From positions 26,770,795 through 26,834,794 of the forward strand of contig NC_092670.1 of the NCBI RefSeq assembly GCF_964355755.1: a stretch of DNA of 64,000 nucleotides, written 5' to 3'. Under the pieces are notes generated by a model, which worked only from the letters and a program-made list of their open reading frames with translations, was not told where the DNA came from and searched no databases. Both the position numbers and the translations under genes were made by a program. Positions 13,401 to 25,000 of the stretch are shown in pieces (positions within the stretch are counted from its first letter, which is position 1; every line of letters begins with the position of its first letter). Source of the stretch: Antedon mediterranea (lineage: Eukaryota; Animalia; Echinodermata).

Positions 13401-14263
13401 TTATCAGATAATTATTAATTAATAATTATCAGATAATTATTAATTAATAATTAATACTGAATCCAACCATCACAGTAAAAAAATATAGAATTTAAAACCA
13501 ATATTTAATAATAAAGTGTGATATTTTACATGCTGACCTTAAATGAAATGAAATTTCAAATCAGGGCTTCAATATTTGTTATGTAGCATTAACATACCTG
13601 AGTATATTATTGACTTTTGATTGGTTCTATTTTGGGGAGGGAAAAGTGGTGGATCCAGGACTTTTAAATAGTTAGGGGGTTGAAGGCGAGGGTCTAAAAA
13701 CTTAACTTTATGTCCTATCTTTTGCATTGCAATTTTTAACTTGGGGTGGGTGGGGGCTTGGAGAAAGGGGGAGGGGGTGGGATGGAGGAGTTTGAATCCG
13801 TCTATTCATTGGGGCGATAGTAGCGGCAGTGTGGGTGGTGCTTGAATGCATGCATTTGACACTCTATAGTGGATGATCGACCAAAGTTTATCTTTTTGTG
13901 GTTATAGTCGGGGTGGGGTGAGGGGGGGGGGGGAAGGGGTGGTCGTCGAAAGTGGTGGTGGATGGGCATGTGGGATCTGCTTAGGTTAGCAAATAAAAGA
14001 AGTAAACAAATGAAAGAGGAGCTTCAAAATAAGAGAGGAGTAATCTGTTGCAAAGATTAAAATTCACAACGATCTGATAATTTATTCAAATTTCCAGAGG
14101 ATATAACCAATAAAATTACATTAAAACTGGGAATTACAGAATCTATAATTAAAAATTAATTTTTTTTCTCACAACACAACTAGAACTATATAAAACATTA
14201 AGAATTTTTCTGACCAATGAGTTTAAAATCAAATAATCAAAGAAAATAAAATGTTTTTACTAA

Positions 14264-15932
14264 GGGCCTGTTTCTGCTGCAACTGCTCAAAATACGGTAT
14301 AAAATACGGTATTTTTTATACCGTATTTTTTAGTACCCCGTTTCTGCTAACAATACTTCTTGGGTGGTCGTGTTAAATTTCATCTTTTTTACCCAAATTG
14401 CCATTCATTTATTTGATCGATAATTAAAAGTCGCAATAAAGGAAATTTTACGTCTCACTTTCAACAGCCTAGCCCTAGTGATAGAAAGAAATCAATATGA
14501 ACATGAACCCCTTTTCATTGGTAATGCTACAATTGAAATCGTTAATGAAACTAAGTTACTAGGTTTATGGATTCAAGCTAACCTCAAATGGGACCGTAAT
14601 GTTAAAGAAATTGTATCCAAAGCCAGCAGACGTCTGCATATATTATGTAGATTAAGAAAGTTCAATCTTCCGAAATTTGATCTTGTAGATGTATTTAAGA
14701 GTTACATAAGACCAAGTGTTGAATATGCTGTCCCAGTATGGCATTCTAGTCTCACTAAGAAACAAAGTGATATGATAGAATCTGTCCAAAAAAGGGCTTG
14801 CAGAATAATATTGTGTAATGACTACATATGTTATGACCAAGCACTCAATGATCTTTCTTTAGACACTTTATCTGATAGAAGGCGTAATCTATGCTATAAG
14901 TTTTCTCTGAATTGTTCAAAAAGTATTCATTTTGGAAAATGGTTTCCAGTGAAGAATGTAAGTAACATGAAACTAAGACGTGTAAAGTATCAACAACCCA
15001 AATGCAGAGTTGAAAGATATAGAAAAAGTGCAATACCATACCTTATCTCGCTTCTAAATGAATAATCTGTATATATCACCCAGTACAGCTTTGCGATTTT
15101 TATTGATGCTTTTAGGTGTTTTTTTTTTTATTTTAATATTTTAAGCTAAACTTTTTGAATGTTCCTGTATTGTATTTCTTGTGTAAATTACCTCCTTTTT
15201 TATATTTTTTTTATCATTGGTTTTATACTTTTTTACAAATTTTAATATTGAACAAATGTAAATATCTTTGTAATTCAGCTAAGGCTGCGATAATGATATT
15301 AAAATAAATGAAATGAAATGAAATGAAAAAAAAAAAATGTTGTGAGAGCACAGAAAACATTGTAATGGGGACAATTAATTCGTTCCCTCCCCGAGTTATT
15401 GTATTTTACAATGTTGTACTACTTTCGCAGGCTCTTCAGCTTTGAGTTTACTTGCTTTGAAGACAAGTCTATTCCATACTCCTGCTTTATTTTTTTAGAA
15501 ATGTCTTTATAAATGTGGTTGTCCCTTTTATTACCTTTTAGTTGGCCAGACATTTTAGCTTCCCCACACACATTTATTTAGTAAAACTGTGACGTCTTCG
15601 CTCCACATTTCCGCCGAATATATCTATACACGTGTGTAAAGCAGCTGACAGCGACAGAAAATAAAAACACGAATGTTGACCTTTTGTCATGTAAAAAAAA
15701 AATACGGTATTTTTTATTGGCAGCAGAAACGGGTACAAAAAATACGGTATAAATTTGTAAATACCGTATTTTATCCACAAATTTTGTGGGGAAAATACGG
15801 TATACAAAATACGGTATATTTTTTATGAGCGCAGTTTCTGCTGCCAAAAATATACCGTATATATACGGTATTACGGGTATTCAAAAAATACCGTATAATA
15901 TACGGTATTTAGTTGGCAGCAGAAACAGGGCC
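14264..15932. mobile_element. PIF/Harbinger-type MITE with TAA TSD
   Basis: TAA|GGGCCTGTTTCTGCTGC ... GCAGCAGAAACAGGGCC|TAA; many subterminal AAATACGGTAT/ATACCGTATTT motifs. Confidence 0.85.
14440..15336 (+). mobile_element. 5'-truncated LINE (CR1/L2 group) 3' end with (TGAAA)n tail, nested in the Harbinger MITE
   Basis: ORF 14478-15065 (KASRRLHILCRL, IRPSVEYAVPVWH, IESVQKRACRII); AATAAA-TGAAATGAAATGAAATG tail at ~15303-15336. Confidence 0.85.
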
Positions 15933-16511
15933 TAATATACCATGTTTTTTTTTTATAAAAATGCCTATGTTTCTCGCAACACTGCTTGTAGGTTTTAAAT
16001 TTACCCCAGTATTTTATTTTAGAAATCAATTATTAAACATTAGAACTACCTATTTGTAATAAATCAGCTAAAAAAATACACCACTTTGGGCGTTATGGTG
16101 AAGTAAAGTTTAGTTGCATTGAACAATTTTAAAAATGTGAAAAACACCCTTTTTTAAATAAATGGTATCTCCCAAAGTATGAAATAAACAAAATAAAAAA
16201 ATTTGAAACAGGTACACAATGCATTGTTATTATGCATACACTAATTATTTTTTATAATTAAATGAACAAAACAAAAATATCGTTCATCAAAGTAGTACCA
16301 ATATCCATTTTAAAAAACCTTAAAAAAGGACAAAATTTGTCAAAAACACAAATTTGGCCGTTGCCATGGAAATGTACGTGTGAAATAAAAAATACTTCAT
16401 ATTTGATTTCTCTCAACACATATATAGCCATGTGCAAAATTGGAAAGAAATCCATTTTTTTGAGTCTGCCACTCTTTTTGATATTTCTTTGATTCTTACA
16501 GACAATGGCTC

Positions 16512-16880
16512 TTAAATCGTCCTTATCTAAGTTCAGTCCATAATTATCGTTGAACCAGTTGTTAGTAAATGCTTTATCAGCAATAATTTGAATTGTCTCG
16601 GTTAAAGGAACATTTGTGGGACGAGACATCATTTGATACCAAAATATCACTAGCATTTATAACGGTGGAGCGTATATCAGCTGCAAAGCTAAATACATCA
16701 TCTATTGTATATGCGTTTGTGTGTTTTAGGCAATCCATACAAATGAGCTAACCTTGATCCGGTTTGACAAATTGATTTAGCAATTTCTTTTGGAAGAATT
16801 TTATGAACCGTTGAAATCATATCTTTCTCCTTTTTTAGGAGTGGATGGTAATGTGTCATTGGTCTTCCTCTTGAAATATA
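16512..16880 (-). mobile_element. Penelope-like element, upstream RT part (continuation of 8640-9870)
   Basis: TNVPLTETIQIIADKAFTNNWFNDNYGLNLDKDDL joins in frame with the 9870 side. Confidence 0.85.
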
Positions 16881-17230
16881 ATTTCATAGCATAAATGATG
16901 GCAAGGATCCTGCATAGAGAAGTTTACACTTCTGTTTTCACAGGACCCTTTTACATAAAAAGCATAAAACAATAAACACAACATAAATTAATAGATAAAA
17001 TAAAAAAAAAGCATTTCCTATTTACATTTTTAGAGTTGTTCATCATCATAAAACAATAGAATAATAATTATAAGTCAAACAAAGTATTGTAAAACACTAT
17101 TCAATCAAATTGTATAACGCAAGCTCCCACTTAGTATGGCTGTAGCAAATTTACAAAATAAAATGTCAGTTATGATGATACACAGTCACCGATGCTGCTC
17201 GGCATGTATGAGCATGGTAATTATATCCCT

Positions 17231-17305
17231 CTTTTCTAGTTCCATTTTGGAACTAGAAAAGTCAGATATCTGACTTTTCTAGATCTAGAAAAATCAGATA
17301 TCTGA
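17231..17305. repeat. Cluster of overlapping palindromes (TCAGATATCTGA / TTTTCTAGATCTAGAAAA units)
   Basis: 14-bp-arm hairpin 17231-17261; perfect 30-bp palindrome CTAGAAAAGTCAGATATCTGACTTTTCTAG 17253-17282. Confidence 0.85.
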
Positions 17306-18622
17306 CTCTTGTTATATCTCTTGTTGTATTCTGAAATGATCTTCGTTTACGAAAATATAACAAAGGGAGATTATTATCATTTTTGAATCCTCCAAACTGT
17401 ACTGTCTAGTATAGTGAGAATACAAAATATTTGTTGTTGTTTTAATAAAAATACTGTAATCGTTATTAATATTAAATTTATAGCATAACATTTTTCAACA
17501 GTAAACAGATCCTTGTCCTGATCGCTTGCTTCGATAAGTCTACTTGATTCTCTTTTTTATAAAATGCTAAAATTCCTTTACGCTCAGTACCAAATATTAA
17601 GCTGAAAAAGTGAGATAATCCCGAGCTAAAAATAATTAGAATATTGGACTTTATCCAATACTGGTCAATTAATTATTGTGTTATAAAAACAACTGATGTG
17701 CTAATGGGTTATGATTAATGTCACAATTGGCACTGTGTTATAATATTAATAGATTAAAGTTACATTGCTACTGAACTATAGGCCTAATAAATGGTTTACA
17801 TTACAAATAAAATTGGGCAGTATTAATAGTAACACTAAGGTTATGTTCAGACATAATATCAATTATATGTGTAACCTACAGTAAATCACTCTTGGGACTT
17901 AATCGGACAAATGGCTTTTTAAATAAATTAAAAATTCACCCAACAGAGTCATACTGTATTTTAAGCTTGAGTGGCCCCAGTCAAAATGTAATGTGATGTT
18001 ATTCCTGTTATACCAACAAAAGATCAACTTCACTCAGATTCTCACTCATTACCATGTAATTAATCTGCTTGTGGTTTAAAAAGTTTAATTTAAAAAAACC
18101 AGCAACATTGGTAGGTTTTCGAACAGTTGGTTTCAGAAATTTAATACCTATCGATGAGGCAAAAAATATATAAAAAAGTAGGTTAGGTATATTTTGTTTC
18201 TCCATATTTTGTGCGATTTTCCCAATGATTGTATGCTGCACAATGTTATACGCTCTACGCGCGGAAATAAAAGTTTTTTACATTTTTGTGAGGGTATTTT
18301 CATTACACATAGCATATAAATAATAATATAAATATATAAAAAATTAACAACGATTTTAATATTCAAAGTAAATGTTCTGTAATTTTAAAATAGACTGTAA
18401 GTGTAAGTCAAAATCAATTCACGTCATAAATTCAATTGTATTTGGGCTAGGCTTTATATTTGTATTATAGATGTAGGCCTACTGGGCCTAGCTTATTATT
18501 GTCAATAAATAGTTTTATTTATGCATTTAATATCCAATCGGCTCTTAATTATTTATTTAATTTATTGTCCATTCCTTTCATATTACATTTTTTTTTCAAT
18601 CATTGGATTCACGCCCAAACAT

Positions 18623-18750
18623 CAGGGTGTCTAGAAACCCAGATCTAGAAAACTCAGATCTCAGATATCTGAGTTTTCTAGATCTTGAAAACTCAGATAT
18701 CTGACTTTTCTATATCTAGAAAACTCAGATATTGAAAATAGACAATCCCG
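18623..18750. repeat. Second cluster of the same palindromic units; possible tiny MITE or transposon end
   Basis: CAGGGTGTCTA...TAGACAATCCCG ends enclosing repeated TCTAGAAAACTCAGATATCTGA units. Confidence 0.7.
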
Positions 18751-19087
18751 GTAAATAATAGCCGACCGTCAGCTGTCGTCGTTTGTGCAGCCATGTGTCG
18801 TGTAGCGTCCGTCTCTCTGCAGTCTACCTCTGCTATCTCAATCATATTGAAGAAATAACAGGAGAAGCCTGGTACAACGAAACAAGTTGACGAAAATGGA
18901 CCTTGAAGTAAACAACATAACAAACAAAATAAATGATTGGAGATCGACAAATGGACCTTTTTTTAGTTGGACTTTATGCTTTCGCCAAAATGATTTTGAT
19001 TATCTATTTTATCATGTCATCACCAAAATGGCTAAAGCAGCCATTTTATTTTTCGCCAATCTGGAAACGTTTTCAAAACTAAGAACA

Positions 19088-20553
19088 ACTAGATTTAATT
19101 CGTCACTATGACGAATTATAGGTTATATGCATTGATTTAAATAAAGATAATTGATTTTTAAAAGATATATTGATTGATTGATTTTCTCAGAATCTTTAAT
19201 TATTTATAATATATGATAGGACCTTGCTAACGCGAACACCATAGCCGGTATCACAATCCGATCAAAGATCCATATGCGTATAATGTCAGATTGTAATGTA
19301 ATAATTGTAATGTAGATAATGTAATCTAGATTTCATTATAAATCATGTGTATAATCTATACACTAAGAAATAAATTTGAACAAACAATACGGATAATAAA
19401 AAAAAAATCTTATTTCGTTTCCCAAGGTGAGACTCGATCTCGGTACCTTGAATGCCATAGACACGAGCACAGACCACCGAGCCGTACACAACTGACTAAA
19501 AGTTGTAGAAAAATTCCTCCGTGTATTTACTATGCAGTAACCACTTTGATGCAAATAGATTATTACATACCGAAATGAATTATAATTTTTTACTATGATG
19601 ACATCTTTAAAATGTATACAAATGATGCACTGTCAAACTACATACTTTTAACTTTAATATATGAATTTTTGAAGGAAGAAAGTTAATGTTAAGTTTGTTA
19701 TTTTGGCCTAAGAAAATGTCATAATTTGTTTGATTGTCGAAATTATTTTTTTTAAATTTAATATGCAATTAATGATGACTTAATCAACTTTTGTTCTCTT
19801 TATTTGATAATAAATCATACATATGATACATACACTTCAAGAAAATGAAATAAAAAATAGGTGTTCTCCTGCATTCTGACAATATATATTAATTTTAAAA
19901 TTTAGCATATTTTCACCATTTTGTTAACTTATACGGGCGTAGCCAGTCACTTTTGACGTGCTCGTATAACGCAATTTCGAGTTGAAACCTGAATCAAATA
20001 TGATGATATTATTAAAGAAAGATTGTAAAACAGAAATCGGGCAAAAAGAGTGCGCATTAACGTTTAACGCGCAGTGCGCGTGCAAAAATCTGCGCACTCA
20101 TGGCAATTTTTTAAACGCTTAAAATTGCCTGAAACGTACTCTAATTTCATCGAAAATAAATTTTGACAATTTTGAACATTTTAAGCGCGCGTACCCAAGC
20201 GTTATATGCGCTACGCACGTAATTTTATTGCCATATGATGAAATATGACCTGAAATTTATGAGTACCAAATTTTGTTTAATTGTGATTCATGCTTGTGAA
20301 GATATGATTACAAACTTGATTTCCTAAAATCGCGCGTAGACCGCGTAATTTTTGATTACGCATCGTGAAAATATAACCACATCGATTCCTGGCCATGAGG
20401 AATATACTCTGAAAACTTGACTTAGCTAGATTAAACTGATGCCAAGATAATGCACGGACAAAATAGTGCTAAGGAAAGAATAAATAAATAAATAAATAAA
20501 TAAAGATTTTGACAGAATCAAGAGGTTATATGCATATCATGCATATAACCTAA
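19088..20553 (-). mobile_element. Helentron-associated non-autonomous element (HINE/DINE-1-like), family A copy 1
   Basis: - strand ends in hairpin AATTCGTCA-tag-TGACGAATT plus CTAGT; sub-TIR GGTTATATGCA at both ends; terminal palindrome GGTTATATGCA-tatca-TGCATATAACC; (AAAT)n microsatellite; no TSD. Confidence 0.8.
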
Positions 20554-20569
20554 TAAAGGACGCCCTCTC

Positions 20570-22003
20570 AATCATTATTTTGTCAGAGACTTTTTATTGG
20601 CCGAATATGCCCGACTCCTAAAATAATTTGTAAATCACGCTCTTTTAGAAACTTAGACATTGACTCATTTCAACTTTTGCTTAAAGACAAACTTGCTGTA
20701 ATCTTCCAATGTACGATAACGCTGTTAGATCGATTCTTGACGATATCTGCCCAGTGAAAACATGTGTGCGCAAATTTGTTAGCAAGCCAAGCTGGTACAC
20801 GGATAAGATTGACAGCGAGCGACGTATCAGACGAGGACTTGAACGTAGATGGAGAAAGACTAAGAGCGACATAGATAAGGCTATTTTTGATGCGCAACAA
20901 AAACTTGTATGCAATCTTGTAATTAAGGAAAAAACTACATATTTTAAATCTATTTTTGTAAACTCTAGACCCAAAGAAATGTATAATGCACTGTATAAAC
21001 TGTTAGGCAAATCTAAGAGTAGTATTCCTACGTGCCATTCAAACAAGGTTTTATGTCAAGATTTTGCTCATTATTTTAGAGACAAAGTTGTAAATATTAA
21101 GGCTTTTATTGATGATCGTCTAGTTGAAACTAACAGTAGTGGTATAGTCACCTTGCCTGTACCAAGTCCAGTCCATTAGACCCTATGCCTACAATCATGG
21201 CTGCTTAAGAAATGTACTCAGGTGATCTCCCCTGTTTTTACGCACATTGCAAATAGTTCATACACATCGGGTGTTTTTCCACAAAGTCTAAGAATAGGTG
21301 CTGTTACACCTATCCCTATCATTAAAAAACCCTCACTTGACCAAAATGTTTTGGCAAATTTCCGACCTGTCTCAAATTGGCCAACTCTTGGGAAAACTTA
21401 ATTGAAAGGCCAGTCTTGAGTGCTTTTAATAATTATTGTATTGAAAACGACCTCATGGAGCCGTTACAATCTGCTTACAAACCCAAATTTAGTACAGAGA
21501 CAGCACTGTTAAAGCTTAAAACTGATATCCTGCAGGAATTCTCTAAGGGTCGTGTGGTGATACTGGTACTTCTAGATTTATCCGCAGCCTTCGACACGGT
21601 AGATCACCATATACTTGTAAGTTGTAAACAGATTTAAAGATAACTATGGGGTAATAGGAAATGCTAGTACCTGGATTAAAACATACGTTGATGACAGATA
21701 TTGTAAAGTCACTTTAAATGGATCTGAATCAAGTAAATTTCATCTTAGCTCCGGTGTCCCACAAGGGTCCACAATTAGTCCCCCACTTTTTACCACTTAC
21801 ATTAAACCTATTGCTGACATTATTAAGTCTCATGGGATACTTTTTCATCTATACGCAGACGACACTCAATTGTATACCAGCTTTAACCCTAAAGTGCCAG
21901 GGGATCTCGAAGTTGCCATTTATAGAATTACTAAATGTATTAATGATCTTAGTATTTGGATGTACAAAAATCAAGTTAAACTTAATGAATCAAAAACAGA
22001 GTT
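20570..22003 (+). mobile_element. L2-clade LINE ORF2 (decayed), 5' part
   Basis: ERRIRRGLERRWRKT; LQSAYKPKFSTETALL..LLDLSAAFDTVDH; GVPQGS; YADDTQLY; KLNESKTE. Confidence 0.88.
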
Positions 22004-25000
22004 TTTCTTTTCTTTCATTTATTTGGCATCTCAATAAATAACATTAAAAATACATCAATAATATATAAAATCACCTTAAATATTAATATACATGTACATC
22101 AAAAAAGCAAATAAAAATGGCGGGATTAATGAAGTCTGACGATGCACGGGAAAACACATAAAGTCGTTTAAAGTAAAACAACTTAATTCCAATGTGGTCC
22201 CTAAAAAGATAGTAATTATAATTTTAACAAAACAAACATTATAAGACGGGGTTCATAAATATATAAGCATATAAGCAAAACATCTGATATAATGGCACAA
22301 TAATAATTTATCTATGTTTAATTTTGTAATATTGTTTCAATTCAGTTTTAAATTTAGATGTGTTGGAAATTTGTTTAATATAGTCAGGAAGGTTATTCCA
22401 TTCTCTGATTGCATTAAAATAGAACGTATTACATTCTATGCCTTGGACTTTAGGTACAACAAAATTGAGTTTACTACCACGAGTGAAGTGACCATGTAAG
22501 TTATTAACTCTACGAAAGTTTTCGTTTAGGTATGAAGCACTTCTGCCCATAAATATTTTATGAACTTGGCTAATTTGCAAGAACTTTACTCGATATTTTA
22601 CATTTAACAATCCATAATCGTCTAATTGATCAGCACCTATATGTCTTCTGGGTTCAACTCCTTTTATGAGTCTAACCATTTTGTTTTGAGCAATTTGTAG
22701 TTTTCTTTGGATAGCTTTACTGGTTCCACAGAACCAAGAAGATGCAGCATAATCAAAAACACATTGGATGAGAGCAGAGCATAATAGTTTACGATTCTTA
22801 CAACTTAGTATCTTACGTTGGCGGTACATAAACTTAAGCCTATTATTAATTTTCTTAATGGTTTTACATGCATATTCAGAACACGTTAAATTTTGATCTA
22901 TTTCAATACCCAGATACTTGACACAATTACTAGTGTTGATATTGTTACCATTTGTTGAGACATTAAAATTGTTAACATTTTTAGTTTTTCTCTTAGAACC
23001 AAATAGTATACACTCAGTTTTATCCAGGTTAATTGTTAACTTATTGTCTACAAGCCAATCACACAAGGAGTCTAGTGTTGACCCTAGCTTCTTAGAAATA
23101 ATATCTGGATTTCTGTGTGAATAAACAATTGCACTGTCATCAGCGTATAGAAGGAGTTTACAATCAGGATCAATACAAGTTACCATGTCATTAACAAAAC
23201 ATAAGAACAAAAGGGGTCCAAGGATACTTCCTTGAGGAACCCCGCATGTAACAGTACAAGATTGAGAGCAATGATCATCAACAGTTACTATTTGCTTTCT
23301 TATTGATAAGTAAGATTTGAACCATTCAATAGATCCAATACCCATTAATTTAAGCTTATTACATAAAATGTCATGATCTACAGTGTCAAATGCCTTCTTT
23401 AAATCGACCAACACCATACCCGAGAAATTTCCCTTAGAAGTTTGGGTTTTAAGGGAATCAACTAAGTCTATCAAACATGTGTCAGTAGAGAAGGCAGCTC
23501 GAAATCCAGATTGATATTTATACAATACGTTGTTTTCAGTAAGGTATTTTTCGATTTGAATAAAAACAGCCTTCTCTAAAATTTTAGACATTGTACTGAG
23601 TATACTTATAGGGCGATAGTTTCCAATATCGGTTCTACTACCTTTTTTATAAAGAGGTATGACCTTGGCCTTTTTCATGTCTTCTGGGACTGTACTGGTA
23701 CTAATTGATAAATTAATTATGTAGGTAGTGGGAACTTTTAGAATTTCAGCCCCATCTTTTATGAAGCGGGGAGGTATCTTATCGACACCCGTGCTTTTTG
23801 TCGCATTAAGTTTGTTTAATTCACTATATATAAAGTCTTCGTCCACTGAGTTGAGCATAAAGTTATTGCCACTAACGGTTCTATAGAAATCCTTAAGTTT
23901 GGACGACGTACAGTCATACACATTCTTAGGGGATGGAAGTTTACTGACCAAATTGGCTGCAATAGTAGTAAAATATTCGTTGAAGCAAGAAGCAATTTTG
24001 GCTGGGTCGAAACATTTAGTACCATTGGGCAGGTCAATAACCGTTTTAGCACTATCCTTAGATGTATTACTATAGCCTAGACCTTTAAACATTTTCCATA
24101 ATTTTTTAGGGTTATTTTTATTTTCTTCAGCCTTGTTTAACAAATGATTTGATTTAGCTTTATTTATATCACGCTGTATTTTATTTCTTAGTTTGCGAAA
24201 TTGTATTAATATGTCGGTATTATTCTTGTTTTTATTATACATATTTAATAATTTATCTCTGGTTTCAATGTCTTGTAATATTTCTCTAGTTAACCATGGT
24301 TCCGTTCTTTGTTTCATCCTAATGTTTTTAAGGGGGGCAATGGAATCAATAGCAGCCAAAAGTAATGCATTAAATTTATACAGAGCTTCATTTACATCTC
24401 CGATAGAGGTAACTACTGACCAATCGATATCTATTAGTATGTTTCTAAATTGATCAACGGTATAGTTTTTTAGTGATCTGATATATACATTTTTATGTCC
24501 ATTGAACTTAAGTTTAATAGTTTTCCGTGTACAAAATGTCATTAAGTGATCGCTTAGACCTGTTGCGATTGTACCCGATTGGCTTATCTTATTCTCATTA
24601 TTACATAATATATGATCGAGGCATGAAGCAACTGTAGGGCATATCCTAGTTGGTTCAGTTACTTTGTTACTTAAACTAAACATACTTAGAATTTGATTAT
24701 AGCTATTCAATAAAGATGACTTTGTTAAAGTACATATATTAAAATCGCCAACAACAATTAATTCACTGTCCATTCCAATTTTAGATAACATATTTTCAAA
24801 CAGAGTTAGAAAGTTCGTTTGCTTTGGTGGTCTGTAACATGTTCCAATTATAATGGGTTTGGTTTTAGGCAGGATCAGTTCAATCCAAAGTACTTCAGCT
24901 TCGTCGGATTCAATATCTGAACGCCGGTTAAACGCGATGTCATCCCTTATATACGTACATACGCCACCGCCTTTGCGGTCGCGATCTCTTCGTAGAACTG

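Larger units (their letters stand above)
9871..16511. mobile_element. 6.6-kb non-autonomous DNA transposon with long imperfect TIRs and a TTAA-type site (Kolobok-like), inserted in the PLE RT
   Basis: GAGCCATTGTCTGTAAAAATCAAAG (9871) vs CTTTGATTCTTACAGACAATGGCTC (to 16511), 24/25 match; flanks TTAG/TTAA; removal restores the PLE frame DKDDL-IVLLNIATKDQLFQF. Confidence 0.8.

Noticed and set aside
19345-19578. Conserved 77-aa ORF duplicated at 34817-35050
   Set aside because: Similarity reflects recent repeat copies; it is not in the ORF track for copy 3 and has no recognisable domain.
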